Below, piece after piece: positions 37,967-52,379 of a DNA stretch of 64,000 bases (the stretch's first letter is position 1; the number at the start of each line of letters is the position of its first letter). The translations under genes and the position numbers were made by a program. The notes below the pieces were generated by a model. It did no database searches, was not told where the DNA came from, and saw nothing but the letters and a program-made list of their open reading frames with translations. The stretch comes from a virus (lineage: Duplodnaviria > Caudoviricetes): IMG/VR virus record IMGVR_UViG_3300037501_000255. One strand, 5' to 3'.

Positions 37967-39475
37967 TCACTTACCGCCATCAATAGCTGGAATGCGGGCG
38001 TAGTCGTCCCAGATCGAATCTAATGTATATTTTGACATAAGAGCTGGCGCATAGCTGCAAGGCCCGGCCTCTTGTGTTACAGCATTAATATACATCGAGA
38101 AGGCCCCCTCGCTTGTGTGGAACGAGATTGGCGGAACTCCGACCTTCTTAAGTTCATTTTTGCACAAAGAAGCGAGAGTTGTGTCTATCGCTAGGTTCGG
38201 CATGTATTCCGGCTGAGGGCAGGGGTTCGCACTATCCCGCTGTTCTAACAAACGCTCGTGGCTGCCGCCACTCGCTTTCCAATATGAACCATCGCGGTCA
38301 AACAGATCCTTCTGCCTCTTTGCCTCCCATGCCTCCGCTCCCTCGCGGCAAGCCTGCACTCGCGCCGTCCACGGCGCAATCCACTCGGTTTGATTGGGGG
38401 CATTATGTACCGGCAGACCGCTCCTGGCAGCAGCACCACGACCCGTATCCTTATACCCTAGCAGCGTCAAGCGATGCCCTTCGGCTGCCTCCATCATTTG
38501 CTCAAACTCTGCCACTGATACCGTTCCGACAACTACCTGGAAGTGTACCTGGAATGGCGGATATTTGGCATGGAAACGCTCTAAGATGCCTCGAATCTGC
38601 TCGGCAGTATCTACCGAGAATGCCACAGCAGATACCGGCACCTCGGGGATCTCAGCCCAATAGGTTACGTTGCGACTGGTCACATTAACGGTCACGCCCG
38701 CGCTATGGAACGCCTCTACAATACGGGCGAAGTCGGGATGCAGGGTGGGCTCGCCACCACCAAGAGCCACTTCTAGTACGCCCGAGTCACAGAAGCGTTG
38801 AGCAAGCGCTTCCAGATGTGCAAGCGGTGCATGTCGGCCTTGCGGGGTCGAACCTTGGTAGCAGTATGAGCAACCGTATGGGCAATAATCGGTAATCTTG
38901 ATATCGACCAGTTCGGGCCATGTACCTTTGGCAGGAGGCTCTTCTCCGGTATGCGTCATGCGAAGTTTGGTCCCAGACCGGCGATCGAAGAGCACAAAGT
39001 GGCCTTTGGGATCACGGACTAGGGTCCATGAGTCACGGTGTGCGAGTGCTACAGCTCCCGCATCTTGAAATACCGACAGGAGTGGGTGACCATCAGAATT
39101 GTCGTTCCCGCCCAGAATAATCACACGATTCATACTGATTAGCTGATGGAGAAATGCCGCTACCTCGGGTGAGTTTGTGGGAGCGCCGGTTGTACGGTCG
39201 GTAATTGACAGACCCTCATCGCCCCAAACACTCTGGTGATCGATAGAGGGTTCGTCATTGCCATTGCCCCAAGATCCGGTAACATACCCCATCTGCGCCC
39301 GGTAGTACTCTTCTTTGTCGGAGAGCTCTGTGAGCGTAAAGTCATCCCACCCATAGTCGCCCCAGTTGCTACCATGGGAAGAGGGTGGCGGCGGAGTGCC
39401 TGGTGGCAGAATAAGGATGCTGTGCGAGGATGATGAATTCGTGGCGAAACCGTGGCGGATATTGTGAACTCTCAT
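37967..39475 (-). CDS. Radical SAM protein
   Basis: CPYGCSYC, LGGGEPTLHP; N-terminal GFATNSSSSHS domain. Confidence 0.88.
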   Translation of the reverse strand: MRVHNIRHGFATNSSSSHSILILPPGTPPPPSSHGSNWGDYGWDDFTLTELSDKEEYYRAQMGYVTGSWGNGNDEPSIDHQSVWGDEGLSITDRTTGAPTNSPEVAAFLHQLISMNRVIILGGNDNSDGHPLLSVFQDAGAVALAHRDSWTLVRDPKGHFVLFDRRSGTKLRMTHTGEEPPAKGTWPELVDIKITDYCPYGCSYCYQGSTPQGRHAPLAHLEALAQRFCDSGVLEVALGGGEPTLHPDFARIVEAFHSAGVTVNVTSRNVTYWAEIPEVPVSAVAFSVDTAEQIRGILERFHAKYPPFQVHFQVVVGTVSVAEFEQMMEAAEGHRLTLLGYKDTGRGAAARSGLPVHNAPNQTEWIAPWTARVQACREGAEAWEAKRQKDLFDRDGSYWKASGGSHERLLEQRDSANPCPQPEYMPNLAIDTTLASLCKNELKKVGVPPISFHTSEGAFSMYINAVTQEAGPCSYAPALMSKYTLDSIWDDYARIPAIDGGK

Positions 39476-42400
39476 GGAGTGCTCCTAAGTAGGTCTTTGA
39501 AGCGCCGCCATCGCGACGGCTTAGGCGGCGGAATCTCAGCAATGAAATCGTTTGATTCTATATGAAGAGTGATTGTCTCTGGCGTATTGGAAACTGAAAA
39601 GAAGTACGGGTAGTGTGCGGCGATTCTATAGTGCCGCTCGCCTTCTTGAGGGATGAAGTATAGCTGGTATTTGGCGCCGTCGATGGTGGCTGCGGCCTCC
39701 ATACCTCTTATAGGCGGGCTAAATTCCCACAGTTGGGGCGGTATTCCATCCGGATAGGCAGCCTCCCATTGTGGTCGATTGTATTGCTGCAAGTCCCATC
39801 CTGGTGGAAGTGCTACTGTGAGAGCGCCGGGATACTGACGATAGTCCACCGCATAGCGGGAGTTGGGCTTTATCAAAAGTAGCATAGTTGCAGCCGATAC
39901 ATTAAAGGAACTTCATACTCTCGGGATCGGTCACATCATCTGAATCTAGTCCCGGCAGCTCGTATAGGGCGCGGACGTAGTGTGCTCGGTCCAGTCGGTA
40001 TTCGTGGAGAGATACATCTCGGGGGAGAATTACGCGGTCGTATGTGGGGTTCCAAATCTGGTTGTAGCCGCCCGGCTCTCCATTGGGCCCATTCAAAAAG
40101 CCGGTGTAGAAAATCGCCTTATGAAGGACATTGTGTGGACTCCACGCCACATCAACGGCATAAATGTTCGCTGCTTCCAGCCACCGGCAGGTGATACAAT
40201 GGTACGCTTACATGGCGGGGTGAAGAATGTCATGGCGTACCTTCTTTGGTTTAGGGAAACCCAACTCACTGCCGGCGAATACGCGAATATCAACCTTGGC
40301 CTCTCTGGGGGGTACCCTTAGCGAAGTAGGCTCCGCGATAGTTTTTACCAGACTCGTCTGACTTGGCAAAGCTCAAAACGCTTGAATACCGGCCAGATTG
40401 ATGAATCATAAATCCAAGCACCTAGATGCTCGGCATGATCAGGGTGAAAGGCTGCGTCTTGCAGATCGTGCGGGGACCATGACTTATCGAAGTCCAAAAA
40501 TGTATCTGGCCGGCGGGCGACTGTCTGCAGTGAGGTACAGTTGCCTCTCTCGCAACTCTACCCAAAACTCTGGCGGCAATGCTTCTTGGAGAGTATTAAG
40601 TGTATGTGGCCTGTACATAAATTCACTTCTTTAGTTGCGGCGTGCCGTGTGCATCGCACATGATATCGGGGTGTTCCCATAGTTCTTTCTCAAGAGCTTC
40701 GATATTACGCTCGGCTTTATGGTAGGCATCCTGCATTGAACGCCAGAGTGCGGAGGGTAGCACCTGATTTCTCTTGATATCTTCAGGAGAAAGCGTGGCT
40801 AGATTTGTTCCGGCCTGACGCTTTGCCTCGCGAATTGGTCGCAGCAGATATTCTTTGAGAAGATCATAGCGCTCGGCAAGTATATTCCATCGATCAATCA
40901 ACTTCTGTGGGTCCTTCTTCTTGTGAATTGACATTCTTATACTCCTCGGGGTAAGCTCGCTTTTCTATCGGGCGCAGAACCCACAGTCTGTAGGCGTTGA
41001 GCGGTACCCAAAAATTGGTAGCCGCCCCCATAAGCAGAAGGGGTACTGCACCCATCAGCAGTGCAGTGTGTAGTGCTTTGTAGTTCACACATTAAATCCA
41101 ATCATTGTCACGCTCTATTCCCAACCCCACTGCATCAAACTCATCGGAATCTTCTCGATTAGCTCCGAGTGCGGCTAGTGCACGGCTGATTGGTGATGGG
41201 GCCGCGCAGCGCTCTTCATTACTACATATCGAGTATTTTACTCCGTTCTTCCACCATGTCACATCCTGTTCACCTAGCCCGCCGAAGTATGAGGCGAATG
41301 CATGAATGATGTCATGTTCTGGGGTGGCGCGCTCGCAATTTTGCGTGCTGATCGCAAAGCCTTGATTTAGAACTCGGTAATCTGCGCCGATGGCGCCCAT
41401 AACTTCCTGTTTAGCGATCCAAGCATTCAAATAGTACGCCATAGTACTCTTCCCTTTTCCTCTGCTCTTCTTCTGCGAGGTAGCGTCGAACTTCGGCCAT
41501 GCGTCTTGCCTCCTCGTCTCGCTCATCCCGTTTGCGCCTATAATTTGCAGCGGCGGTGCTTGGACAGTCGGTATAAAACTGGGACGAGAGCCCGCATCCC
41601 CACTCCCCGCAGGTACAGACGGGAATTTCTTGAGCGCACTCTGGACATGGGTGGGAGGGTTGTGTCATATGTAGATCTGTTCGTGCGTGTCGCTTCGGTA
41701 GTAGTGACGGTATGGGGAATAGTCATCGCTTTCCCATCCTGACCAGGACATCGCCACTCTAACATAAACACGCCAGCCGCCTTCGTGCTTCCAAGTATGA
41801 TCCTTGTGTACGTACCACCACTTGCCAGGGTAGTGGCGGCGCAGGAGGGTTATGACTCGCCGCCTATAATTGAATAGGGTTATTGGGAACCTTGGCATAT
41901 CTGCCATACTAGATACTCGCGTTCCACTTCTTGGATTACTATCAAATAATTGCCACTATCCCACAGTTCTTGCGTGGTAAGTGTTACCGTGTCGGACAGC
42001 GGGGGCTCCCACCGGTCATGGCCACCTAACTACGCTGGATACATCTCTTCGAGACGCCTGTCGATGAGGCGGCGTTGTAAATCCAGATTTTCTCTTATAG
42101 AACGCGCAGCATGCCTTGTCATCACAAAAAGCGGAAATAAACGATCGGCCCTAGCGGTGGAGCTGCCGCACATGTCCGACAACTCAGATGCGATTGCATC
42201 TAGCAAAGTAGAGTTGTATCATTTGCTGCGCAAAAGAATACAATCACCTAGGTAGGGTTGAGGCGAATGCGAATATGTCTGTAGTTGCCGAGCGGCACAT
42301 CTGCTTTGCCACTGCAGCCTCGGCATCTGTAGTTGATTGCTGCATACAGTTCTCCCCCAACACACCGCGTATGTACCGTAGTGCGAGTTTTGTATAATTA

Positions 42401-42992
42401 ATTACTACGGCTGTTCGGTAAATACTCTTACATCAATTACTTCCGCACCCACAGCAAAGACGCGCCTTACCTCGGCATACGGGGCATAGTTCTGCAGGTC
42501 CTCAATAACCTCCTTGACCGTTCGGTTAATCTCCACCTGCCCGTGGCGCGGTTTGGTGTGCCTCGCCATGCATACCTGCAATATCTCTTTAGGTGTGCCG
42601 GGTGACAGATTTGCAGCCAGATTCTCTAGGAACTTCTCTCCTGCATATTTTGTGGAGAGTTCCTTGGCGAACAGAAGAAATTCTTCTGTCCCTTCGTCGT
42701 CAGGATATTTGTCCTGCTCGGCATCTATCATGAGCTTGCGCAGTGACCTGCCGTGAAATGCCATGTCTACCATAGAGTCTATTAGAACGTTTAGCTGGGA
42801 AAATCTCTTGGCCCTCTCAGCCATGTTGTCACTTGACATGCGATTCCTTGATTTCGTTGGGCACCACCTGTTGTGTGCGCCAAAAGGCGTGCGTCTGTAC
42901 GTGTTCGGCCCTGACCCATTTTGCTACTGACTTTCGAAAATCACGGAAGTGAAATTGCTCGGCCAGTCGAAGTACATAGCCCTCGCACTCAT

Positions 42993-43610
42993 CTAGTCCT
43001 CCGACTGATTACGCCCGATAGCGGTGACCCAATCTTTAAATGACATTGAGCGACACTGTTCGAATGTGAATGACGCCTGCAGTTTTAGCGGGTAGTATTC
43101 TGGTAAACCCCCATCTCTGCCCGGTCGAACTTGTTCTTCTAGAAATTTGAAGCGCTCACAGGAGGGTAGCGGAGACTTGTTAAACCCCCTGTAAACCTCG
43201 AGGATTCCCATGTCCATGTCAAGGACATACGCCCATTCGCAGAACAGCGAGTGTGCTGCGAATCCAAGATCCAGCGCGACTTCAGGTTCGGGCGTAGCTT
43301 GAATATAATTCAGTATCTTCGCACCAAAATCTCTATTGAATTGCGGGTGCTTCTTAGCAAACTTGTCAGCGATATCCATTGGTACAAACTTACCTGTTGC
43401 CCCCACATCTTTTCACAGAGCCTCGATATATTCGGGGGAGCGAATCTTGATAGCGTCAAGGTGGTCGCAGAATGCTTCTGTATTCATTTCGGACTTGATA
43501 AATTCGAAGACTGTCTTTCCCTGCCCTTCCGGATAGACGTCCCACTGACAGACTGTGCTACGACAAACTTCCCATTTCGAACTACACATGTAAGATTTCT
43601 AGTTCCCATA
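42993..43610 (-). CDS. Conserved phage hypothetical protein, frameshifted
   Basis: MGTRNLT...QWDVYPEG N-terminus and FCEWAYVLDMD...LEVYRG C-terminus in different frames. Confidence 0.5.
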
Positions 43611-46600
43611 CTTCTCCCTGTTTAGTTTTCAAAACTCGAATTGCATACGCTCGCGCTGGCCTCTGCCTGCTCGCGAGTCTTGAATGTAGCAACTACAAGC
43701 CCAGATGGATTGAGGAGTTCGAATCGAAGCGGACCGCTATCCTTTTCGACGACTTTGTATTCAGTATTTTTGATTGACATTATTTGCTCCTAATTTAGAG
43801 GTTGTTGATCTTGCATAACATATGCTCTCCGTTTAACCTTTCGCTGCTCCAATCATGGAGTCGGAAGGTGAGGCGGCAGGGGCAGATGCTCAGAAGAGCG
43901 TGTACCGGCAGAACCAATGAAAGGCATGTCTTAGGCGTGGAAAGTGGAGTGTGGTGTTGGGCGGCTCAGCCGGCCGGCCCCTTGCATATGTCTTCCAGAT
44001 TTGAATGCATTCGTAGAACCCTTCCTCGGTAGTGCGAGCGACCTCGTGGGCGACGAGGTTTCTCTGTTAGCAAATCTTTTCTAGATAACATTTTTCAACT
44101 CCGAATTGCGCTTTTCAGCAAACTGCCGAATCTGCTGCACAGACACATCTGTTAGCTTCCAGTTTTTATCACCAGCCTTCGTGCCAGATGGTATGTGCCA
44201 CATATTGTAGCAGTTTTCATACAGCGTAACAGCAATACATCCGTCTGTGTAGATCAGTGCATGCACCTCGTGTGTCTGCATGTATAGGGACGTGGGGCTG
44301 CATTTTACTGTGCCTCCGTCATCGTCTGGAAGATCGAAGATACTTATGTCTCCAATATACTCTGCATCAACCGGAAATTTATAGTCTTGATGATCTCCGC
44401 ATTCAACTTCCAGCATTAGCCCATCATGACGAATACATCGGATTGGCAAGCCATTTGGTGTATGTTCTCGGCCACCGTTCTTTTTTGCAAAATCTATAGT
44501 ACAATCCCAGCTACAGTAATTGCGCGAGCGAGGAGCTTCTTTTCTACAATTAATACACTGTGCCGTCTACGGGCCTCACTTAACAAATTGGATTCTATCA
44601 AAGAATGGATCTGCCGGAATATCTACCGTTCGAACTTTGGGTCCGGCTCCAAACCAGTCTTTGCAGGTATATCGCATGCGCATGGTGCGCTTATTAAAGT
44701 GAACGGGCAGTACCTCCACTTCAAAAACTTCGTTATGAGGTGAGCTGATGATGAACGCTGTAGTGACCTCAGCAAATACTCGAGGGCATCCCACTTCTCT
44801 TTATGCTAGATTTTCTTTAACGGGAGTGCCTGACAGCCAAATCTTAAATCGCGCATGTGCCTCTATAAGATCATCTATGATCTGTTCAGCCAAAGCATCT
44901 TCTACTTCTTGGGCCCAATCCAAATCATTAATTGACATATTACTTCCTAAGTGCTTCGAATTCTGGAATATCTGATGGTTCAAATGAGTCCAACCAGCGC
45001 TCGTTAAATGAATCAATTGCAGCTGGGTCAGCGCGATTTCTAGATAGGAATGGGCTAGCTCCGGCAGGTGGTGCGCTATATCGGACTTAGTGTACCGTTG
45101 CAGGTTATCGATTGTGGCACGACTTTCGGCCACATTTCCGATTGAGTCAATAAATACAACGATGTCGCAATCTCTGCTGTCTTGCGATCCGAATATCTGG
45201 TACTCAATTGATTACATATTAGTGACCATGTTCCTCTATGTCTTTTTTAGCCTTACGTCGCTGACGCTTTACCGCATTACGCTTAGCTGTGCGACGCCCT
45301 TTTGAGGAGCGTGGCCCGTCAAACACGTTGCTGGTCATATCCCCGTAGTCCAATCACTTATGGACTCCTTTAACATCTGTTATCCGAGTGAATTGAGCGG
45401 GCCTCCGTCATATGTGCCTTTCTCTAGACCACAGCGTTTTACAGCCGGACTTTACGCGGCAGAATGTAGTGGCCAATGTGGCCTCTGTATTCATTATCAT
45501 TATGGTGGCAGAAAAGTGTTGCACTCACACTCCAAACAGGCGTGGGCATTGCCGATGTGTACCGACTGTGGATCTCCGCAGTTACGACAGCGGTGCAGTT
45601 CTATTCCCTCTGATTCAAAAGCATCTTGTATGCCGTCACGCCACAACCTCTCTATCTCGGCTACTAACTGCTGGCGTTTAATGGACACTGTGTGTGCGCT
45701 GGTATCGCCCTCGCATGCCTGCATATAGCGATTAATCGCGTCCCACATCTTCACCTTTTTAAGTAGTGGTATTTCCATTTATCGGTGGCTCCTGTGCAAT
45801 GCATATTGCGTACCGCAGAAACTTGGGCGAGTGCGCATGCGACACTCAGAATGATGCGATCTGTAAAATAATATTATACTATTTATATTTACTCCGATGA
45901 GGGAAGCTTAATATTCCTGAGGGCCAACAGCTCTGCCTTAAACAATGCTAGGTGGTCTAACAGTTCACGAATGCGTTCATTTGCCTTAGACAACAGTGCT
46001 TGGTTTTTTCTATTCAAATCAACCAGACCTTTAAACCTAATCCTGTCGCCGGGTCGGCAGTCTCCGTACTTCATGCCCTCACCTATTGACTGAGCTGGGT
46101 TGGGCTTGCTGCCTTTTTATGGCTCTATCTAGACAACGTTCATATATATCGCAAGATCTATCTCGATGGGTAAATGAGCTGAACGGCGGCGGACGGTATG
46201 GCAGGCTGTGCTGCCAGCCATACTCGGTACAATACCCGTACCGCTCCTCTAAAGAGGAGCGCCTGTTCTCTTCTCCGCATTTGGGACATGCGGAATACTC
46301 ATAAGAGCGCAGCCTGTGTTTACACTAGATTGCCTCCCCATTTCTATCAAAATAGGTAATCTGCACATTCTTTGTGCGCGGGGAAAGTTGATTGCGCAAA
46401 TATTCCACCGCCTCGGGATAAGTTGAAAATCCCGCAGAGTATAGCCACATTCCCATCTTTCGCTTTTGTACATAGAATGAAAAGTATTCGTGTGGGTCAT
46501 GTACTATGCGCCAACGCGATCTTCGCCAGCATTCAAGTAGGCGAACCCACCAACCCGAGCGAGCGGGTGGCGATGACATTACAGCCACCGGTAAAGTTTG

Positions 46601-47422
46601 CTCTGGCATATGCTTACTTATCCTCCTTCGGTTGAAAACTTTGCAACTATCTTCCAACACAGCAATCTTACAATTGCTTTCGGCTTGGGAAGACTCTGCC
46701 TTGCCCTGCACTTCCTTGACTCACACATTGTGGGGCGGGCTTTCGGACACGACCTCCCTAATCTCGGGCTTGGTGTGGAGTTGGCGGGAGGCAATTGTTG
46801 TTTGTCGGCCTCAATTGTAAATTTGCTCCACACTTTACTTGCCGTTTCGGCAAAGCCGTTACGAAATGCTCTGCTCGCAGCAGCTACATGCCAATGTAGT
46901 CTCCCACCAAACACAATCAGGCTCGTGAGTAATGTGCTCTTTAATCCAAGCCTCTGCAGTATCTCTATCAGAGAAGATCTTATTTACCGTATCTGCACGG
47001 TCTGATACTGCCCAATTTCCAGTCAAGCGCGTGCAACTACCACACCTGCAACCATCATCCATCTCATAATCTTCTTCAAGATTATATCGATACCCAAGTC
47101 TCGTTTCCACTAACTGCATAGCGCTAATACGATCAGTGCTAATACCTGTATGAATCACATAGCCCTCTTTACTTATTTGCCACCTAAAAGCACTTGTGCT
47201 ACCCGGCTCAGATAATACCTCACCGCGCCATATACCGCGTTGTAGATGCCAAGTGCTACCTCGCTTATCCCAACCAGGGTTAGGTAGTTGAATCATAAAT
47301 ACTCCTATCTTACAGATTAACTATGCCAATGGCAGAGCCGCCAAAGTATGAGGTAAGTGCTTCTTGCGGGTGGACTTATCATGCCGCTAGGCGGTCTATA
47401 TCCAAGCCATAATTTAATTACT

Positions 47423-47845
47423 TTATTGTGCCGCTATATAGTCAGATGGAATAAACTTGAGATTGTCATCACCATCAGCTTTAGACAAGAACATGCTTGT
47501 CAATACTGCGGGATTCCCAACCAGCGTTATCATATCGCGGTTCTTCATGAATTCCACACGTCCTTCGTCATTAAGATAATATACTCGTGACACACCGGCA
47601 TTCTTCAACTCATGCTGACATAGCATACAAGGCTTCGCACTCTTCACCTCTCTTGCGTCCGCAGCACTAGAGTTGTTAAAACGATAAACATAAATCTTGC
47701 ACCCGCGAATACGTTTACCCATCTTTTTGATAAGATGGATTTCAGCATGCGTGCTGCAAAGAAATGTGGATTTGCCACGAATATAGCGGAGGCTATTCAC
47801 GCCGACACAAATCGGTTTGCCGCCTGAAATGGCCAAGGCGATCAC
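47423..47845 (-). CDS. Zn-dependent cytidine/dCMP-deaminase-fold protein
   Basis: HAE...KPCMLC motifs; the true start is probably slightly upstream. Confidence 0.8.
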   Translation of the reverse strand: MIALAISGGKPICVGVNSLRYIRGKSTFLCSTHAEIHLIKKMGKRIRGCKIYVYRFNNSSAADAREVKSAKPCMLCQHELKNAGVSRVYYLNDEGRVEFMKNRDMITLVGNPAVLTSMFLSKADGDDNLKFIPSDYIAAQ

Positions 47846-50800
47846 CTGATGCCGAAGATTATCATCTCTAAATTCAGAAGCGATACTCTCAGCGAGGTAC
47901 TACAAAACTCCGAAAACTCATAAATATACCCTTATTGTTTGCCACTTTTATCTAGCACACACAGCGCCTCTCTTTTGCGAGAGGTAGCTATCCGCCACAG
48001 CAGCGCATCTTTAGAGCACGCTCTCTTACGGCACAGATGCCAATAGGTTACATAAAAGAGCTGTTACATTATCCCGTTCTCCGTGGTTGTCAGCATTCAG
48101 CAACTCGAACATGTCATCGGCACGGCGCGGCATAATTTACCGGTCTTCTTTATTATTAAAGATAGACTTCATTAATAATATCAAATTCAGCTTGATAGTA
48201 TCCGAAAGATGCCTTAAGATCTTTGAGGAATTCATGACTCATCTTGACACGATCTTCCTCAGCACGCTGCTTGACCATTAATGCGTGCGCTACTTTGACA
48301 TCATGCAATTCCCTCGCCAAAGGGAGGCGCCTTATCATGTACGCCTGCCTCAGTACCAATGCTAATATGCCATTCTTCGGAGTAGGTTCGGAATATTGCC
48401 CACCCCCCAATGCGGATCACATGTCCCGCGCAGAGCTCCTGCGTAATAAATTATTTGTTTGTATCTTCTGATTCATCGGTTTGACGAAAATCATCATGCT
48501 GGCTAAGCATATACTTGATGGCAGAGATCACGTACTGCGTTGCTATCTCTGAGGTAAACTCTTCCGCATGCATTGTGGATTTGATTAGTTGCACAGCCTC
48601 ATCATCAAGCACCCGCACGCGTTTAGCGCATTACGTGGGCCCCAATCCGATTCATCTTGAGCTGGTGAGCCAACTCGATATCTGCAGTAGTCATGCGTTC
48701 CTTATTGCACAAAACTTGCTGTGTGATAGTAGTAAATTCCCGAGAGATTTCAAAGCCCTAACTGTGCCACGCAAGATACGGGAGGGCTTCTTATAGCATC
48801 AATCGTGCCGCCGCAGATACTTCTTCAGAGGAGGTATCACTGGGCGTTCGTCAGTGGAGCGGTCACGAGCGGCCTCCAACTGCATAAGGCGGGTAATCTC
48901 TTCCCGATGTTGCTCGTTGGGTTTAAATAGCGCAGCCATTTCTTTGATGGTATAGAAAAGACGGTGTGGTTTATCGCCAAATCTATATGCGTCGTTAAGT
49001 AGATGTCCTACCCATTTACGGAGTGTTTCGTCGTCCACAGCGGTTCCTTATCAGGCAATAGCCTTTTTAATCCTACCATTCTAGAATAGCCCAATATATC
49101 TTTGGGCTCAACCACCTGTGTTGTAAGGTACTCCGGCGAGTCAGTAGGACTCGGTATGCCGTAATACCGGTATATGCTCGGCCATTTGAAGTACAACACT
49201 ACCGTTTCACGCGTAACTGTATAGTGATTCTCTGCAAGACTAAACCACAGCCACGGTCTACCTTTCCAAATAAATTGCGGAATCAAATCGCGCGTTATGA
49301 TGTTCGGCAGGTTTTTTGACCTGAGTAAGGCGAGCGGCTATTCGTTGGTGCCTGGCAATCTCAATATCAGCCAGGTATCTAAAGAAGGGGCGCACTGTTA
49401 CTCCTGTCTTACAGAATTCCGGCAGTTTCTTATTGCACAAAAGTCCTAGAAAACTGGGGGAATTTTTTTCGGTAGGGTCGGATGTTGCACAAGGGTTGAA
49501 AAATTGAGCGGCAAATCGGGGTCCCTATAGCACTTTTAACCCCCTTTGGACGCTCAAATATTTTTTCAAAGACCCTGTTTTCTCACTTTTCGATCGACCC
49601 TTCCGGAAAAATCGCAACCTCTTCTGGAAAATTTTCGACCTCTTCGTGTTTTTCAGCAACCCCCTCCTCAGAAATTGGGGCGGCTTCCCCTTCCTGTTCG
49701 GCTTGTTCGCCCATTTCCAGTAGAGCATCAGGGTAGTATGGAAGTGTTCGGGTAGGCGTGGTCTCTCTAGCTGACCGTGTGACCCGGGGATACTTTCGGA
49801 ATGCAAATGCTGCTGTAACAAGTGTGCCTAGTGCAGCGGTCATGAGTAGTAGTTTTCTAATCATTCGGTTTTCCAGAATGGTTTACATGGTGTGGTTAGC
49901 TGGTCTTCGGGACTTGGCATTTGCTTTGTGGAGCGGCCAAGTGGGTCTATGACATAGCAGTAGGCATTCTTTCGGTGGTCGTAATTGGTGGCGACGATAT
50001 AACCTCGGGTGCCAGAGACATGTATGATTTCCTGGTCTTTTTATAGGCCGGTGGTTCGGGTAGGATGTGTGTGATTTCGAGTGGGGCAACTTGCAGATCG
50101 TGTGAGGGAGGGGGTCATCTACATTGCGCACATTGTAATAGCCGGTGTCTCGGCTATACTCAAGCACTCGATACACTCCTTCGCCGATGTAGCTTTGTAA
50201 GGTTACGAAGTCTTCGGGATTGGGGTACATATTTTCACCAGTTTCTCGTAGTGGGTGTCGGCAACCCAACCGGGTTTGTAATTCTCCCATAGCACAAAAA
50301 CTCGTTCTCAGAGGCGGGGAGGGTAGGAGTTGTCTATGTATTCTTCGTAAATTTCTGCAATGACACCTACTAGACACTCGTGTTCGCGGTTGGGGACATC
50401 AGCGCTATGGAACCAAGCTACTCGATCTCCGATTCGGAAGGGGTTTTTGTGGTGCAGCATTTGATTAACTCCAATTCATGAAACCAGTAGGGCCCATCGG
50501 GAATTTGGTTTCCTAAATAATCAAATAAATCAAGATAATAGGTCCAACCTGATGGTCCGCGCCACCCTTCGCCAGCTACATTAGCTGTATCGTCATCGCG
50601 CCACATTGGGTAGCTATAGACTATCCCGTAAGCAGCAGTTGTAAACAGCCAGTCCATACTGGTGTCGTAGAATTCTGTGGCGGTAATATATACCTTATCA
50701 CCCCGCTTCAGCGTAGGCCGTTGTGTTATTTCTGGCAGCATTCTATAAGCTCCAGTTCGTGGTAGTGGGCTTAATCGAAGAATTAGTTATTATCAATAAT

Positions 50801-52379
50801 TTCAAGATGATACCATCACTGTTACAACCAGACACTTCAGCGATTCCCTCATCGTCTTCGTATCCAGCCACCGAGTCTCATGCATTGCTCTGGCCCGATA
50901 ACCGGTTGCAGTTAGCATGGAGGGTTCAGTAAATTCGTTTTTAATTATATATACCCAGTTACCACGCTTGAAGCGGGGTGACTCACTCATTTGCTGGCCC
51001 ATCGATAGCTACCATCATTACCTGGTCATTACAAGGAACAAGGACAAAATTAGTTGCCCCAGCTATAGTTGCCGCAAAGTGACAAAGGTCAGTCCTAGTA
51101 TCATGAAAGTAGAAGCTTGCCTTAAAGCTCTCAGCCTCGTAGTAGTGGGCAGGGCGGGAGGTAGGCGAGGGTGGCCGTGGAGTGATCCCGCAGCCGATCA
51201 GCAGGGCCAGCATAGCCACCACGCCAACCATCATCAACACGCCCGTAAAGGTAGCAAAGAGAACTCGCTCAATATTAATGCTCATAGACACTCCTGGGTT
51301 CTCGGGCAGATTCGCTCCGAGTATGTAGCGGTGTACCTAGTGAGGTAATTAATTATTGGTCCTGTCTGTACGGCAAGGTATGTCCCGCGCACGCATACGC
51401 GCGATCGCGCACGATCAGTAGGTGTGAACGGATGTTCATAATGTAAGTTATTTATTAACTGCCAGATAGGGTATACACTGAGGGCAGTAGAGATCAGGTA
51501 GGAGGGCCGGAGTTCATGGAGTATATTCCCCCGGCGGCCCCGTGATCTTATAGATCGCTTTTTTCCCAAAAATATTTGAAACCGTGGACTCTAAACTATT
51601 ATTGCTACCAGCAGGAGTTAATGTTAGTAATTAATTAACCGAAAAAGTTTCGACACTACCCCCTTTTGCAAAACCATATGCCTATTACGAGGCATGCGTG
51701 GGCCCTAAGACGGCCTGTAATTTTTGCTAATGGGGTCAGCAAAGATCGGGTGAGAGGACCCTCATGCTCCCGCGTTTATTTGCGTGCTTTTTGACGCTCT
51801 CGCTTCTGGTTATTCTTAAGCGGAGGATGGCAGAGCCCGCAGTCTTGGTGGCCGGCGATGTTAGGGCGGCGAGTGCGTTTATATCCAGGCTTTTTCATGT
51901 GGACACACCTTGGCGGATAGCGAGGGCCTCATCTTGCGTGAGGCTCCTGGGTTGCGGCTCCACGATAGGCTCCTCAGGAGCCATATCAGCACGGGCATGG
52001 GCTTTGCCGCACTCAGGGTGGAAGCGAACGGTGTTAATCATACCGTCCTCCACATACCGCTGCTCGCGATATTTCTCACCCTTTTTGATATGGGCCCAGC
52101 ACCACATGCACTGCCAGATTGAAGATGTCCCAGGGCGGTGTGCGACGCGAGTGATATCAGCAAGTACAGTCATCTATTTATCCGCTGTTCCAATTTCTCT
52201 AGGAAAACCGTGTACCCAGGGAGGTGTTCACGGATAATGTCCTCAGCCTCGTCAAGCAGGAGCTCGACCTCGGTAAGTTCGGCTTTAAGACGATTGACGT
52301 AGTGAGAGCCTTTGGATTCTCCGGGATTTTAATGGGGTGTGCGCAGGGCCCATCATGTCCTTCCGCGCGCGTGTGGCTC

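Noticed and set aside
16223-47910. Programmed frameshifting in many genes (DUF5661-like, RNA ligase, HD hydrolase, ORFs near 40.5, 43.4 and 47.9 kb)
   Set aside because: Breaks mostly sit in short homopolymers, go in both directions and lack consistent slippery or stimulatory signals. Sequencing or assembly indels are more parsimonious; read remapping would decide.
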